Below the pieces are notes generated by a model, which saw only the letters and a program-made list of their open reading frames with translations, did no database searches and was not told where the DNA came from. A stretch of DNA of 64,000 nt from a virus. Lineage: Duplodnaviria; Caudoviricetes. The position numbers and the translations under genes are program-made. The stretch lies in IMG/VR virus record IMGVR_UViG_2918982202_000003; one strand, written 5' to 3'. Shown here piece by piece: positions 1 through 8,824 of this stretch. How positions within the stretch are numbered: position 1 is the first letter of the stretch; each line of letters opens with the position of its first letter.

Positions 1-355
1 GCCAGGCACTCACGCGTGAACGCATCGACCACGTTGAGCATCCGGAACTTGCGCCCGTCATGGGTGCGAGCCTCGACGAAGTCGTAGGACCAGACGTGAT
101 CGCGATGCTCTGCTCGCAGTCGCAGGCAGGAGCCATCCCCGTCCCAGATGCGGTCACGCTGGGGCTGCTTGGCCGGGACCTTCAGGCCTTCCTGCCGCCA
201 GATCCGCTCCACGCGCTTGTCGTTGACCAGCCAACCGGCGGCCTTCAGCAATGCGCTGATCTTCCGATAGCGGTAGCGGCCATACCGCGCCGCCAGCTCG
301 ACGAGATCGGCTGTCAGGGCGGCCTCGTCGTCTCTGCCCCGCGGCGCCTTGCGCA
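1..355 (-). pseudogene. IS3-family (IS407-like) transposase OrfB fragment, 5'-truncated, continuing left beyond the window
   Basis: Minus strand reads RKAPRGRDDEAALTADLVELAARYGRYRYRKISALL...VWSYDFVEARTHDGRKFRMLNVVDAFTRECLA, typical of IS3 OrfB up to the first DDE aspartates; homology stops abruptly near 355. Confidence 0.85.
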
Positions 356-357
356 GC

Positions 358-900
358 CGCTGTTTCACACCTGGACCGAGGAAGAAGTCGCGCGCTTCGA
401 GGCGCATTGGCCCGTCGGCACCCGCGAGCGCCTTGCGCTCGACATCCTGCTCTACACGGGGCTGCGCCGGGGCGACGCGGCGCGTCTCGGCCGACCGCAT
501 GTCCGCAACGGCGTTGTCCGCATTCTTACGGAAAAGACCAGCCAGGAGGTAACGATTCGTATCCTGCCGCCGCTGGCTGCTTCGATTGCCGCGAGCCCGA
601 CGGGGGATCTGACCTTCATCGCGGGCGAACGTGGCCGGCCGATGACCAAGGAGAGCTTCGGCAAATGGTTCAGGGACGCGTGCGTCGCTGCCGGCGCGCC
701 GGGCCAAGCGCACGGCCTGCGCAAGGCGGGGGCACGCCGCGCGGCCGAGAGCGGGGCGGCGGAAGCCGAATTGAACGCATGGTTCGGGTGGGCGGACGGC
801 AGCCGGGAGAGCGCGACTTATGTGCGCGGCGCCAACCGGGCGAATCTCGCGGAGCGGATCGCCGGGCGCTGGAACGAGGACGCTATCACCGCACATTCCG
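358..900 (+). pseudogene. Tyrosine integrase catalytic-domain remnant from an older element at the same tRNA
   Basis: FHTWTEEE...TGLRRGD...TEKT...AHGLRK...FGW...ATYVRGANR gives R-K-H-R-W-Y residues; N-terminal domains are missing, replaced by IS3 sequence. End coordinate approximate because the frame reads through the att site. Confidence 0.8.
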
Positions 901-957
901 ACCCAATGTGGGGCTCGGAGCTAAAAGTGCAACATTCTCAAGATTTAAGAAGGTTGT

Positions 958-1004
958 TGGCTCCCCGAGCAGGACTCGAACCTGCGACAAAGCGATTAAC
1001 AGTC
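958..1004 (-). other. att core: 3' half of tRNA-Asn(GTT), left prophage boundary
   Basis: Reverse complement GACTGTTAATCGCTTTGTCGCAGGTTCGAGTCCTGCTCGGGGAGCCA contains the anticodon loop GTT, T-arm GTTCGA and a CCA end; there is no 5' half or D-arm. Confidence 0.88.
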
Positions 1005-1127
1005 GGGGTGATGCCATTGATTTCATTGGACGACGTTACCGCGGGGGAGGGCTTTCGCTCTGACGAAACCTGCCCCGCGGTGACCCATTGCCTCGCTTCC
1101 CTAAGGAGGGCGGGATAGGGTCGGAAA

Positions 1128-1394
1128 ATGGCTGATCCCAACCCCACCGTCGGCGAACTCTTCAAGGCCAAGGCCGTCACCGACGACCAAGTCAGCGTCG
1201 CGGTCGCGGCCTACTTCGCGAACCCCGATGCCAGCGCGTACCCGATCGCGGACGGCTACAGCCTCGACCTCGCTGCGGCTGTCGCTGGCCATAGCTGGGC
1301 GAGCCAAGTCGTCGCCAACCCTGAGAGTAGCCCCGGCTTGAAGCGTGCCGCCACCCGCACCGCTATCCTGCTGGCGCGGGCTAGCAAGAAATGA
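1128..1394 (+). CDS. Hypothetical protein (paralog of 1474-1740)
   Basis: 88-aa ORF sharing PTV...AYPIA.GYS.DL.AAV..H.W...LKR....TAILLAR with the next ORF. Confidence 0.7.
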   Translation: MADPNPTVGELFKAKAVTDDQVSVAVAAYFANPDASAYPIADGYSLDLAAAVAGHSWASQVVANPESSPGLKRAATRTAILLARASKK

Positions 1395-1473
1395 ACACTG
1401 ATCGTCTCACGGGTGGAACTCGACTGGCCTGGACGTCTTAGGTGCTGGCGCATCTCTCCAGGCCGATCGAACC

Positions 1474-1740
1474 ATGAACATTGATCTGCCTACAGTTGAT
1501 ACGCTGCGCAAACACAGGATTGTTCTCGCAGAACAGATAAATAGCGCGGTTGAGGCCTACTTAGATAACCCAGACATTACCGCGTATCCCATCGCTACAG
1601 GTTACAGCATCGACCTCAAAGCAGCTGTCAGAAACCACGAATGGATCTGGAAGATCGCTCGTGATCCTGCCGCAAGCGCGAGGTTGAAGCGGGGCACAAT
1701 TTGGACCGCGATCCTGCTGGCACGGGTGCAAAAGGCGTAA
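1474..1740 (+). CDS. Hypothetical protein (paralog of 1128-1394)
   Basis: 88-aa ORF, same length and motifs as the upstream ORF. Confidence 0.7.
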   Translation: MNIDLPTVDTLRKHRIVLAEQINSAVEAYLDNPDITAYPIATGYSIDLKAAVRNHEWIWKIARDPAASARLKRGTIWTAILLARVQKA

Positions 1741-1814
1741 GCCCGATCGGCCGGTAAGCTTGAGGCAACCGGACACCCCTATGCCGTCGGCCCCGCCATC
1801 AGCCGGCAGTCGTA

Positions 1815-2210
1815 ATGCTCCTTCCCGAACTCGCGCCCGATCATCTGCCGCCTGAGGCGGCCGAGTGGCGGAAAGCCTTCGGCGCCCTGCGCCCTACCTC
1901 CTCGCCGTGCCGCTACCTGAACCCCACTGTCTGGACGAACATTCACGAGGCCTGCACCGACTTCATCGAGCGTTTCGGCGCCGACGCCGTGCGCCTCGGC
2001 TGGACGGCACCGCAGCTCTTCGGCGTCCATCCCCAGCACGGAACGTTGCGCGTGGATTGGTGCGGGGTGATGGTGACGGGAGGGCACAAGGCGATCGGCA
2101 TCGAGCCAAATCGGGTCTTGTTCGGCAACGTGAGCGGCTACCGGGATACACCCGGTGCGCCGGTCGGGATCCCGATCTGGGAGTTTGCGGCCCGTCGCGA
2201 AGGGAAGTAA
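1815..2210 (+). CDS. Hypothetical protein
   Basis: 131-aa ORF with host-like codon usage; no recognised motif. Confidence 0.6.
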   Translation: MLLPELAPDHLPPEAAEWRKAFGALRPTSSPCRYLNPTVWTNIHEACTDFIERFGADAVRLGWTAPQLFGVHPQHGTLRVDWCGVMVTGGHKAIGIEPNRVLFGNVSGYRDTPGAPVGIPIWEFAARREGK

Positions 2211-2576
2211 CCGAAGCCTTTGGCGACGCGCTAGCCGCGCTCCTCGCGCACAGTTCGATGCGCGCTGCAGCACCTCAGCGCCCACGCCAGCGTCCCCACA
2301 TTTGTAAATGAATTATATGTTCAAAATGCCAATGCTGCGCCCTGTACCATGCTGCAGGGCGGGTGTTGTGGTCGGGCTGTTGCTAATGGTCGCGTTCGCA
2401 TCGGACGCAACGATGATGGCTTCGAGCGATCGACATGCCAGTCTCGTATGGGCAGGTCTCGCCGCGATTGGCATTGCAGTTTTCACGCTGGGCTTCGAGT
2501 AATGGGTGCTGCGCGTTTGCCCCGCATCATCGGCCGCGGTGATGCCATCTCCGCCATCAGTCAGGAAACACCCTGA

Positions 2577-3908
2577 TCAGGCTTGCGCTACCGGAAGCTC
2601 CTCGACCTGTGTCGTGTAGCGCGGCGTGCGCATCTCGAACTTCGTCGTCCAGGCCCGCCGCTGCTGCGCCAACCCGGCCCGTGCCGGCACAACGGTGCCG
2701 CGGCCGAAACGGGCGTTGCAGGCGTCCATCGCGCCCATGAGCCGTGTCGAGCGCTCACGATCGAGCCGGCCGATCAGCGCCCGTTGCGAGGCGGCGAGCG
2801 GCACGAGATCGACGGTCACCACGCCCGCCTTCGAGTAGCGCCAGGGCGGGCTGCCCTGCTCGCGCCAAGTGCGGGCCACGCCGTGCAGCGCCGCGGGGAT
2901 CAGCGCCAGCGTGTCGTTGGTCGCCTCCGGCAGCGTCACCACCGTCGAGACCGAGCGCATGGGTTCGCCGCGGTCGTGCTCGCTCGTGTGATAGAAGACC
3001 GTGATGTGGTCGGTGCCGAGGCCTTCGCGCCGCAGCTTTTCGCCGAGCCGTGTCGCATGGGCGGCCACCGCCTGCTCCAATTCGGCCCGCTCCGTCACCC
3101 GGCCTGAGAACGAGCGGGTTACGGCGCAGCCCTTCCGCCGGGCCGGCACCAGTTCGAGCCCGAGGCAGGACACGCCGCGCAACTCGTGGATCATGCGCTC
3201 GCCGACCACGGTCAGAGCCTTGCGCACCGGCCGCGGGTCGATGTCGCGCAGGTCCGCTACGGTGTCGATGCCCATCGCCTCGAGCTTCGGCAGCGAGGCG
3301 CGACCGACGCCCCACAGCTCGCCGACATGGATCCGGCAGAGCCAGTGATCGTAGGCCGTCGGCTCGGTCAGATCGCATACCCCGTCGAGTTCGGGCACCG
3401 TCTTGGCGATGTGGTTGGCGAGCTTGGCGAGCGTCTTGGTCGGGCCGATGCCGACGCAGGTTGGGATGCCGGTCCAGGCTCGCACGGTGGCGCGGATATC
3501 GCGGGCGAGCGCAACGCGATCCCGGCGGACGAAGCCTGTCAGGTCGAGGAAGCTCTCGTCGATCGAGTAGACCTCCACGTCGGGCGTGGCGTCGCGGTAG
3601 ATCGCGTTGATGCGCGCTGACATGTCTCCGTAGAGGGTATAATTTGACGAGAACACGCGCACGCCCTGCGTCTCGCAGAGCTGACGGATCATGAAGTAGG
3701 GCGCGCCCATCTTGATCCCGAGCGCTTTGGCCTCGGCGGTGCGGGCTATCGCACATCCATCATTATTGCTCAGCACGATCACCGGCACGCGGGCGAGCTT
3801 GGCGTCGAACACGCGCTCGCACGAGCAGTAGAAGCTGTTGCCGTCGATGAGGGCGAGGGCTCGCCCGCCGCCGATCCGATCCCGCAGGCGCGCCTCGGCG
3901 CCGCTCAT
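2577..3908 (-). CDS. umuC: Y-family DNA polymerase (UmuC/RumB-like)
   Basis: [26 protein letters not shown] catalytic motifs; C-terminal SPRYTT-like tail (TPRYTT); start ATG at 3908 overlaps the umuD stop. Confidence 0.92.
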   Translation of the reverse strand: MSGAEARLRDRIGGGRALALIDGNSFYCSCERVFDAKLARVPVIVLSNNDGCAIARTAEAKALGIKMGAPYFMIRQLCETQGVRVFSSNYTLYGDMSARINAIYRDATPDVEVYSIDESFLDLTGFVRRDRVALARDIRATVRAWTGIPTCVGIGPTKTLAKLANHIAKTVPELDGVCDLTEPTAYDHWLCRIHVGELWGVGRASLPKLEAMGIDTVADLRDIDPRPVRKALTVVGERMIHELRGVSCLGLELVPARRKGCAVTRSFSGRVTERAELEQAVAAHATRLGEKLRREGLGTDHITVFYHTSEHDRGEPMRSVSTVVTLPEATNDTLALIPAALHGVARTWREQGSPPWRYSKAGVVTVDLVPLAASQRALIGRLDRERSTRLMGAMDACNARFGRGTVVPARAGLAQQRRAWTTKFEMRTPRYTTQVEELPVAQA

Positions 3909-4360
3909 CGACCCTGTCCAGCGCGCGCGACGTGCCAGCGGATGGTGAAGCGCACCACGCCCCAGACATCGACTTCGGCCAGTTCCTCCAGCGCGTAGAC
4001 CGGCAGGTCGGCGTTGTCGAAGGAGAGCCGAGCCGTGTTGCCCTCGACCACCATGCGCTTGATCGACATCTCGCCATCGACAGCCGCTACGACGACGCTG
4101 CCGTGCGCGGGCTTGAGGCTGCGATCGACGCAGGCGAGATCCCCATCGAAGATCCCGGCATCGCGCATCGAATCGCCCGCGATGCGCCAAAGGAAGGTGG
4201 CGGGCGGGTTCGGTACGAGCCAGCGCGGCAACTCCAGGGCGTTCTCGACGAAGTCGTCGGCCGGCGACGGGAAGCCCGCGCAAAGCGACGGCCCCATCAG
4301 CGGTACGCGAACGGTGGAGAAGCCTTGGTCCGGTAGTTCGTTGACCCGAAACAGGCTCAC
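3905..4360 (-). CDS. umuD: UmuD/RumA-like S24 autopeptidase subunit
   Basis: CAGFPSP cleavage site, GDSM serine and SIKR lysine; GTG start with GGAG RBS. Confidence 0.9.
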   Translation of the reverse strand: MSLFRVNELPDQGFSTVRVPLMGPSLCAGFPSPADDFVENALELPRWLVPNPPATFLWRIAGDSMRDAGIFDGDLACVDRSLKPAHGSVVVAAVDGEMSIKRMVVEGNTARLSFDNADLPVYALEELAEVDVWGVVRFTIRWHVARAGQGR

Positions 4361-4381
4361 GCCGTGCCCTCTCCCGTGATA

Positions 4382-4396
4382 GAACGAAAAGAGAAC
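4382..4396. promoter_or_regulatory. Alphaproteobacterial LexA (SOS) box
   Basis: GAAC-GAAAAGA-GAAC is an exact GAAC-N7-GAAC, 22 nt upstream of the umuD start. Confidence 0.85.
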
Positions 4397-4499
4397 AAGC
4401 AGCCCGACGGTTCCGGGTCAACGTGAGCATAAACGTGACCGTGCCGCCCTGTGGAAAACGTGGACAACGCCCGATCGGGGCTTGGTGAGGGTATCAGCG

Positions 4500-4754
4500 A
4501 TGACGATGCGGACGACCTTCCTGGTGCAGACCTTCGTGCTGAAGCGGAAGCGGCTCATCCCCGGCGATAGGCAGGTCTCAACGACGAGCAGTGCGGCGCT
4601 GAAGCGAGCCGAGGCGATGGCAGCACGGATGCCAGGGACGGCCGCCCTGCAGATCGTGGCCGATGACGAGACGGGCGAATTAGAGAGCGCCACGATCCTC
4701 GGCCAGTACGGCGAGGTGCCAGATGATTTTGCTGAGAGCCTGCAGGCGGCTTGA
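4500..4754 (+). CDS. Hypothetical protein, divergent from umuDC (homolog of 50133-50390)
   Basis: 84 aa; VQTFV...RL..G...GE...L..YG.VP shared with the 50133-50390 product. Confidence 0.75.
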   Translation: MTMRTTFLVQTFVLKRKRLIPGDRQVSTTSSAALKRAEAMAARMPGTAALQIVADDETGELESATILGQYGEVPDDFAESLQAA

Positions 4755-5050
4755 CCGTGGGGGTGAGCATGGGCCTTCCGACCCATCCCTACTTGCTCCT
4801 GGCCCTGCCTGACGACCCGCCATCGCGCGAGGTAGTCAGGTTGAGCGTGGGCGAGTCCGACGGTCAGATCGAGATCGGCGGCACGGATCATCCTGAGTCC
4901 TTCGATCTCCGGACGCTCATCTGCGCACCGATCAAGGGGCAGACGACCATGGGCAAGGTGCTGGCGCTTCCACCACGGCACCCGCTCTGGCGCGAGGCAC
5001 GCAGGCTGACGGGTGTGTGGGCTGAGTTCGATGCGAGCTCGGAAGCCTGA
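4751..5050 (+). CDS. Hypothetical protein
   Basis: ORF coupled to the upstream stop; no motif recognised. Confidence 0.5.
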   Translation: MTVGVSMGLPTHPYLLLALPDDPPSREVVRLSVGESDGQIEIGGTDHPESFDLRTLICAPIKGQTTMGKVLALPPRHPLWREARRLTGVWAEFDASSEA

Positions 5051-5131
5051 CGGCGGCGAATGGTTCGCACCACCGCCACGGCATCTGGACTACTTCAGCG
5101 TGCGTGCGCATCCTCTCGAAAACAGGAGGAA

Positions 5132-5377
5132 ATGCCCGTGATTCGGACTGCTATCCTGGCGCTGTTCGGCGCCGGTGCACTCATGCTTGTCGACCTGTCT
5201 CAGGCGCCTTCCGCGAGCGCGACGCCTGGCATGGTCCGAGCCGACGGCTGCCATGGACGTCCACGCCACTGCCACAGCCGCGGCGATCTTCGCCCCAACA
5301 CAAGAGGAAGACTCTATGTCCCGGGTGCGTTTGACGGCGGTCGCGGCCATCATCACCGTCGCGGTCGGCGCCGGTAG
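5132..5377 (+). CDS. Small secreted His/Arg-rich protein
   Basis: AGGAGG RBS, signal-peptide-like N-terminus, CHGRPRHCH; overlaps the SNase start. Confidence 0.5.
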   Translation: MPVIRTAILALFGAGALMLVDLSQAPSASATPGMVRADGCHGRPRHCHSRGDLRPNTRGRLYVPGAFDGGRGHHHRRGRRR

Positions 5378-6047
5378 CGCTCGCGCCGAGACCGTTACAG
5401 GCCGCGCCTCCGTCATCGATGGCGATACGATCGAAATCCGGAACGAGCGGTTCCGCCTGCAGGGCGTCGATACGCCAGAGAGCGCTCAGATGTGCGGCGA
5501 CGCGGCCGGCAAGGACTATCCCTGCGGCCGGACGGCGGCGCTCGCCCTCTCCGACAAGATCGGTCAGAGCAACGTTGCCTGCGAGCCGATTGAGAAAGAC
5601 CGGTACGGGCGCACCGTTGCGGTCTGCCGCCTCGGCGCGCTCGACCTCAACGGCTGGCTGGTCGAGGAAGGGCTCGGCATGGCCTACCGGCGCTACTCCA
5701 CCGCCTATGTTGCGCAGGAGGATGCGGCCAAGCGGGCAAAGCGCGGGATTTGGGCCGGCCAGTTCACTCCGCCATGGGATTGGCGGAAGGGCGAGCGGGT
5801 GCAAGGTGTGGGCATGGCGGCGTCTGGCGGCCCGGACGGACCGATCCCCGCTCCGAAGACGCCGCCGGCCGCAGCGGTGAGTGCCTGCGCCATCAAGGGC
5901 AACATCTCGCGCAAGGGTGATCGGATTTATCACCTGCCCGGCACACGCGACTACGAGCGCACGCAGATCGACGAAGCCTCGGGCGAGCGCATGTTCTGCT
6001 CGGAGGATGAGGCGAAGGCGGCCGGTTGGCGGGCACCGCGAGGCTGA
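5316..6047 (+). CDS. Secreted thermonuclease (SNase family) with C-terminal Cys-containing domain
   Basis: Signal peptide, VIDGDT, RLQGVDTPE, DRYGRTVA motifs; C-terminal CAIKGNIS...IYHLPG...FCSEDEAKAAGWR. Confidence 0.88.
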   Translation: MSRVRLTAVAAIITVAVGAGSARAETVTGRASVIDGDTIEIRNERFRLQGVDTPESAQMCGDAAGKDYPCGRTAALALSDKIGQSNVACEPIEKDRYGRTVAVCRLGALDLNGWLVEEGLGMAYRRYSTAYVAQEDAAKRAKRGIWAGQFTPPWDWRKGERVQGVGMAASGGPDGPIPAPKTPPAAAVSACAIKGNISRKGDRIYHLPGTRDYERTQIDEASGERMFCSEDEAKAAGWRAPRG

Positions 6048-6122
6048 CGATCGCACGGCCGAGGTGCGGAAGCGGATGCTCGCAGCGGCGCGTGACAGGT
6101 CGAATTTGCTTAGGGGAGCACA

Positions 6123-6725
6123 ATGAACGCGAATGGGTATGAAGCTGCAGCGACCGCACTGAGACGGGCCGAAGAGGGCTTCGTGCGGCTCAAAGGCTCG
6201 AAGAGTATCGCCGAGCTAAAGGATGCCTGGTCGGACTTCTTAGTACAATACAACAGAATTTTTACAAAACTCGAACAGGCAAGCAAGACAGGTGGCAGCT
6301 CTCCTTGGTACGGGAGGATCAAGCATGAGCGTAAAAAATCAGTATGCCTAGCTTATCTTCTGCATGCTCGTAATATTGATGAGCACGGCATAGTGCCAAT
6401 CTATGAAGAAGCAAATGCTGATATGCGAATTGGTGCCCCTACAGACGACCTGAGCAACGTCAGCATCACTATTATCGGCGGAGTGATTACTTGGAGTTCT
6501 GGTGGGGACGGGAAGCCGCTGAGCGTAGTTCGGCGTCCAGCGCGGATTGAGCTTAGGTCGGTAATTGATAGAGGCGAGGAATATGCTGCGCCGATCAACC
6601 CCAACTCGAAGTTCAGAGATAATTATAGCCCGGTTGAGGCCGCTGAAATTGGGCTGAACTTTGCAAGGAAAGTCGTATCAGAGGCGAAGGAAAGGGTGGC
6701 GCCTGACGAGGCTCCAAGGCCCTGA
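6123..6725 (+). CDS. Accessory protein with a HEPN-like Rx4H motif
   Basis: 200 aa, visibly AT-richer than flanks, helical N-terminus, ARNIDEH motif. Confidence 0.6.
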   Translation: MNANGYEAAATALRRAEEGFVRLKGSKSIAELKDAWSDFLVQYNRIFTKLEQASKTGGSSPWYGRIKHERKKSVCLAYLLHARNIDEHGIVPIYEEANADMRIGAPTDDLSNVSITIIGGVITWSSGGDGKPLSVVRRPARIELRSVIDRGEEYAAPINPNSKFRDNYSPVEAAEIGLNFARKVVSEAKERVAPDEAPRP

Positions 6726-6819
6726 TCCGTTGAGCCAAGTTCGCCGTCCGCCATCGGTTGCTGGTTTAAGGCAGCGTCCGCTTGATCGGTCGCCCCATTT
6801 CCGGGCAGGTGTGCGTACG

Positions 6820-6849
6820 AAAAACCCCGCCGCGGCGAGCCGGGCAGGG
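6820..6849 (-). terminator. Putative intrinsic terminator
   Basis: AAAAACCCCGC...GCAGGG imperfect hairpin followed by a T-run on the minus strand; first 13 bp identical to 7371-7383. Confidence 0.45.
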
Positions 6850-6946
6850 CAAGGTGGGTATCGAGATGGAAGGACCCGCTGGAGGGCGGGCATGAGGCAG
6901 ACGGGCTGCGGTGGGCGGATAGTCCAGCTCAACGCTCCCAGGCCGA

Positions 6947-7195
6947 TCACTCCTTCATGATCGCCTCTACGTTCACCAGCGTGCCCCGCGCCGTCTCCGC
7001 GCGCTCGTGCGAGGCCGAGTCGAAGCCCCATGCTTCGTGCACCTCAATCCCTCCGTGGGTCGGATAAGCCGGATCGGCCGCGGGCCCTTCATCGCGGATG
7101 GTTTCGAGACCGCCGATCGCCTCGGCGAGGGCGCGCTCATATCGATCAGTCGGGAGATCGCTTTCCACGTTCGCTGTCGGATTGGTGCTGACCAT
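6947..7195 (-). CDS. Hypothetical protein
   Basis: 82-aa acidic ORF. Confidence 0.5.
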   Translation of the reverse strand: MVSTNPTANVESDLPTDRYERALAEAIGGLETIRDEGPAADPAYPTHGGIEVHEAWGFDSASHERAETARGTLVNVEAIMKE

Positions 7196-7372
7196 ACTGC
7201 GCCTCTACCGGCGGGGATTCGCCGAGGGGACGAGACTGCATAATCAATTATATGTTGCATAGCGTCTAACAGCACATCCTGTTTCGATGTGCCGGGACTG
7301 TCTGGCCGCCCGGCGCCTTTCGCCCCGGCGGCGGTCCGCCGATCCCAAGCGTCCCCGTGCGCCAAGCGCACG

Positions 7373-7402
7373 AAAAACCCCGCGCGGCGGGTGCCGGCGG
7401 GG
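7373..7402 (-). terminator. Intrinsic terminator after the membrane-protein pair
   Basis: CCCCGC(7378-83)/GCGGGG(7397-402) stem followed by TTTTT on the minus strand. Confidence 0.6.
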
Positions 7403-7426
7403 CTGATATGGGCGCCGAATTTGGGG

Positions 7427-7957
7427 CTATGCGGCTACGAGATCAGGAGGCAACGAATGGTCTGAGCGAGTGACTTCTCGGGCTGCCACCGATGCAAGAT
7501 CCGTGACCTGAGCCTGCCCTTTGTAGAGGCGGGCCATCGCACCGCGCGCACGTTCGCCAGACCGTAAATCTGCGTAGCTGGTGGCCATTATGGCCGCGAA
7601 CAACGTCTCTGAGACCAGTTGGGCCAGAGCGTCGTCGCCCTCGTAGAACGGCGTCCCATCGGAGTTCAGCGCCGTTGATTGAGATGGGCGGTCAGGCGAG
7701 GTGAAGACCTTGTAGAGCAGCAGCGTGGAGCTTCGATCAAGCATGGCCGCATTGAGCCCGGCCAAGGTCTCCAAGAACGACTGAGGCACGCGATCATCGT
7801 CCATCAGAAGGCGCGAGCCCCGAGCGAAGCGCCCGACCCAATGCTCTTGCTGGCGAAGTCGATCGAGGTCCGCACACGCGAACGCGTGCCACTTGCCAAC
7901 GGCAAGAGCCGCGGCGGCGGCTGTGACAATAATCAAGAGTGCGAGTTGCAAGCTCAT
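7427..7957 (-). CDS. Membrane-anchored hypothetical protein
   Basis: N-terminal hydrophobic helix LALLIIVTAAAAALAV; coupled to the upstream gene by ATGA overlap. Confidence 0.65.
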   Translation of the reverse strand: MSLQLALLIIVTAAAAALAVGKWHAFACADLDRLRQQEHWVGRFARGSRLLMDDDRVPQSFLETLAGLNAAMLDRSSTLLLYKVFTSPDRPSQSTALNSDGTPFYEGDDALAQLVSETLFAAIMATSYADLRSGERARGAMARLYKGQAQVTDLASVAAREVTRSDHSLPPDLVAA

Positions 7958-8295
7958 GGGTTCAAGTCCTGCCGTGCCTCCAACCGTCTAACCCCTTGGT
8001 TCTGGAACTCTAACGCAAGGCGGTCACGTTCCCGCGCCGTTTCGTCTTTGATGCGGCGGCTTTCCCGCCGGTGTTCCAAGATCGTACTCAAGACTCCATT
8101 CAACGCGCTCACGAATTCGGGCCCGCGGGTTGCGAGCCCTATTGCAGCGCCGATAGCCAGAACGAGAATGACAGCACCGCCCAGGCCGATCTTAAGCGCA
8201 ACATCCGCCCAGGCTCCCGCGTCAATCCCCGTCATTCTCGCCACGCTACTCATCAACCCATTGCGAAAATATGGCAGAACCGGGGCAAATTCCAT
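7954..8295 (-). CDS. Membrane hypothetical protein with charged coiled-coil tail
   Basis: TM segment IGLGGAVILVLAIGAAIGLA followed by an Arg/Glu-rich helix. Confidence 0.6.
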   Translation of the reverse strand: MEFAPVLPYFRNGLMSSVARMTGIDAGAWADVALKIGLGGAVILVLAIGAAIGLATRGPEFVSALNGVLSTILEHRRESRRIKDETARERDRLALEFQNQGVRRLEARQDLNP

Positions 8296-8365
8296 AGGAC
8301 AAAAGAGTTGGGCGCTAAGTCGCTGAGAAGAAGACGAAACTCGGCGCTCCTTTTCGTCCTCGCAC

Positions 8366-8824
8366 TCACGGCTTCCGCTCGATCTGGAACTGCACCACGT
8401 TCTGTGCCCGCGTGATCGGCCAGTAATATCGCTGCAGTGGGTTGCAGGCGTATTCCGGCGCCGCGTGGTACTCGCCTGGGCCGGGCTCGAACTCGTCAGG
8501 CACCGTGAAGCATGTGGTGATGACGCGCAGCCCGAGCCCCTGCGGCGGGCGCTCGTATTTGATCGGAGGCAGGATCACCCGGTGCGTGTGGGCGTCGAAC
8601 AGCGCCCGATCGACGTTCCCGCGGCAGTCGCGGAGGTAGTCGACCCTCTGCCGGATGCAAAGGCGTCCGCCGGGTCGGACGGTGGGCGTCAGCACGGTGG
8701 TCTCGGGCACTTCGACGGGGAGGCCGCGGTCCGCGATGAACCAAGCCATTACGCCTGCGGTCGCAAGGATCGCCGCCGAGATGATGCCAAGGCAGGCGTA
8801 GCCGAAGAGGCGCAGCCCCATCAT
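8366..8824 (-). CDS. Phage membrane-anchored protein, lysis-module associated
   Basis: N-terminal TM helix and a Cys-containing periplasmic part; coupled to the upstream ORF. Confidence 0.65.
   Translation of the reverse strand: MMGLRLFGYACLGIISAAILATAGVMAWFIADRGLPVEVPETTVLTPTVRPGGRLCIRQRVDYLRDCRGNVDRALFDAHTHRVILPPIKYERPPQGLGLRVITTCFTVPDEFEPGPGEYHAAPEYACNPLQRYYWPITRAQNVVQFQIERKP

Noticed and set aside
958-1004. Functional tRNA-Asn gene
   Set aside because: Only the anticodon loop to CCA is present; the 5' half is missing.
60-1118. 352-aa ORF as an intact integrase
   Set aside because: The first ~98 codons are the antisense of an IS3 transposase and the tail reads through the att site; it is a chimera.
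2308-2502. Small membrane protein
   Set aside because: No clear RBS or recognisable family; too weak to call.
3909-4430. N-terminal extension of the 617-aa polymerase ORF
   Set aside because: It overlaps umuD in another frame; the real start is the coupled ATG at 3908.
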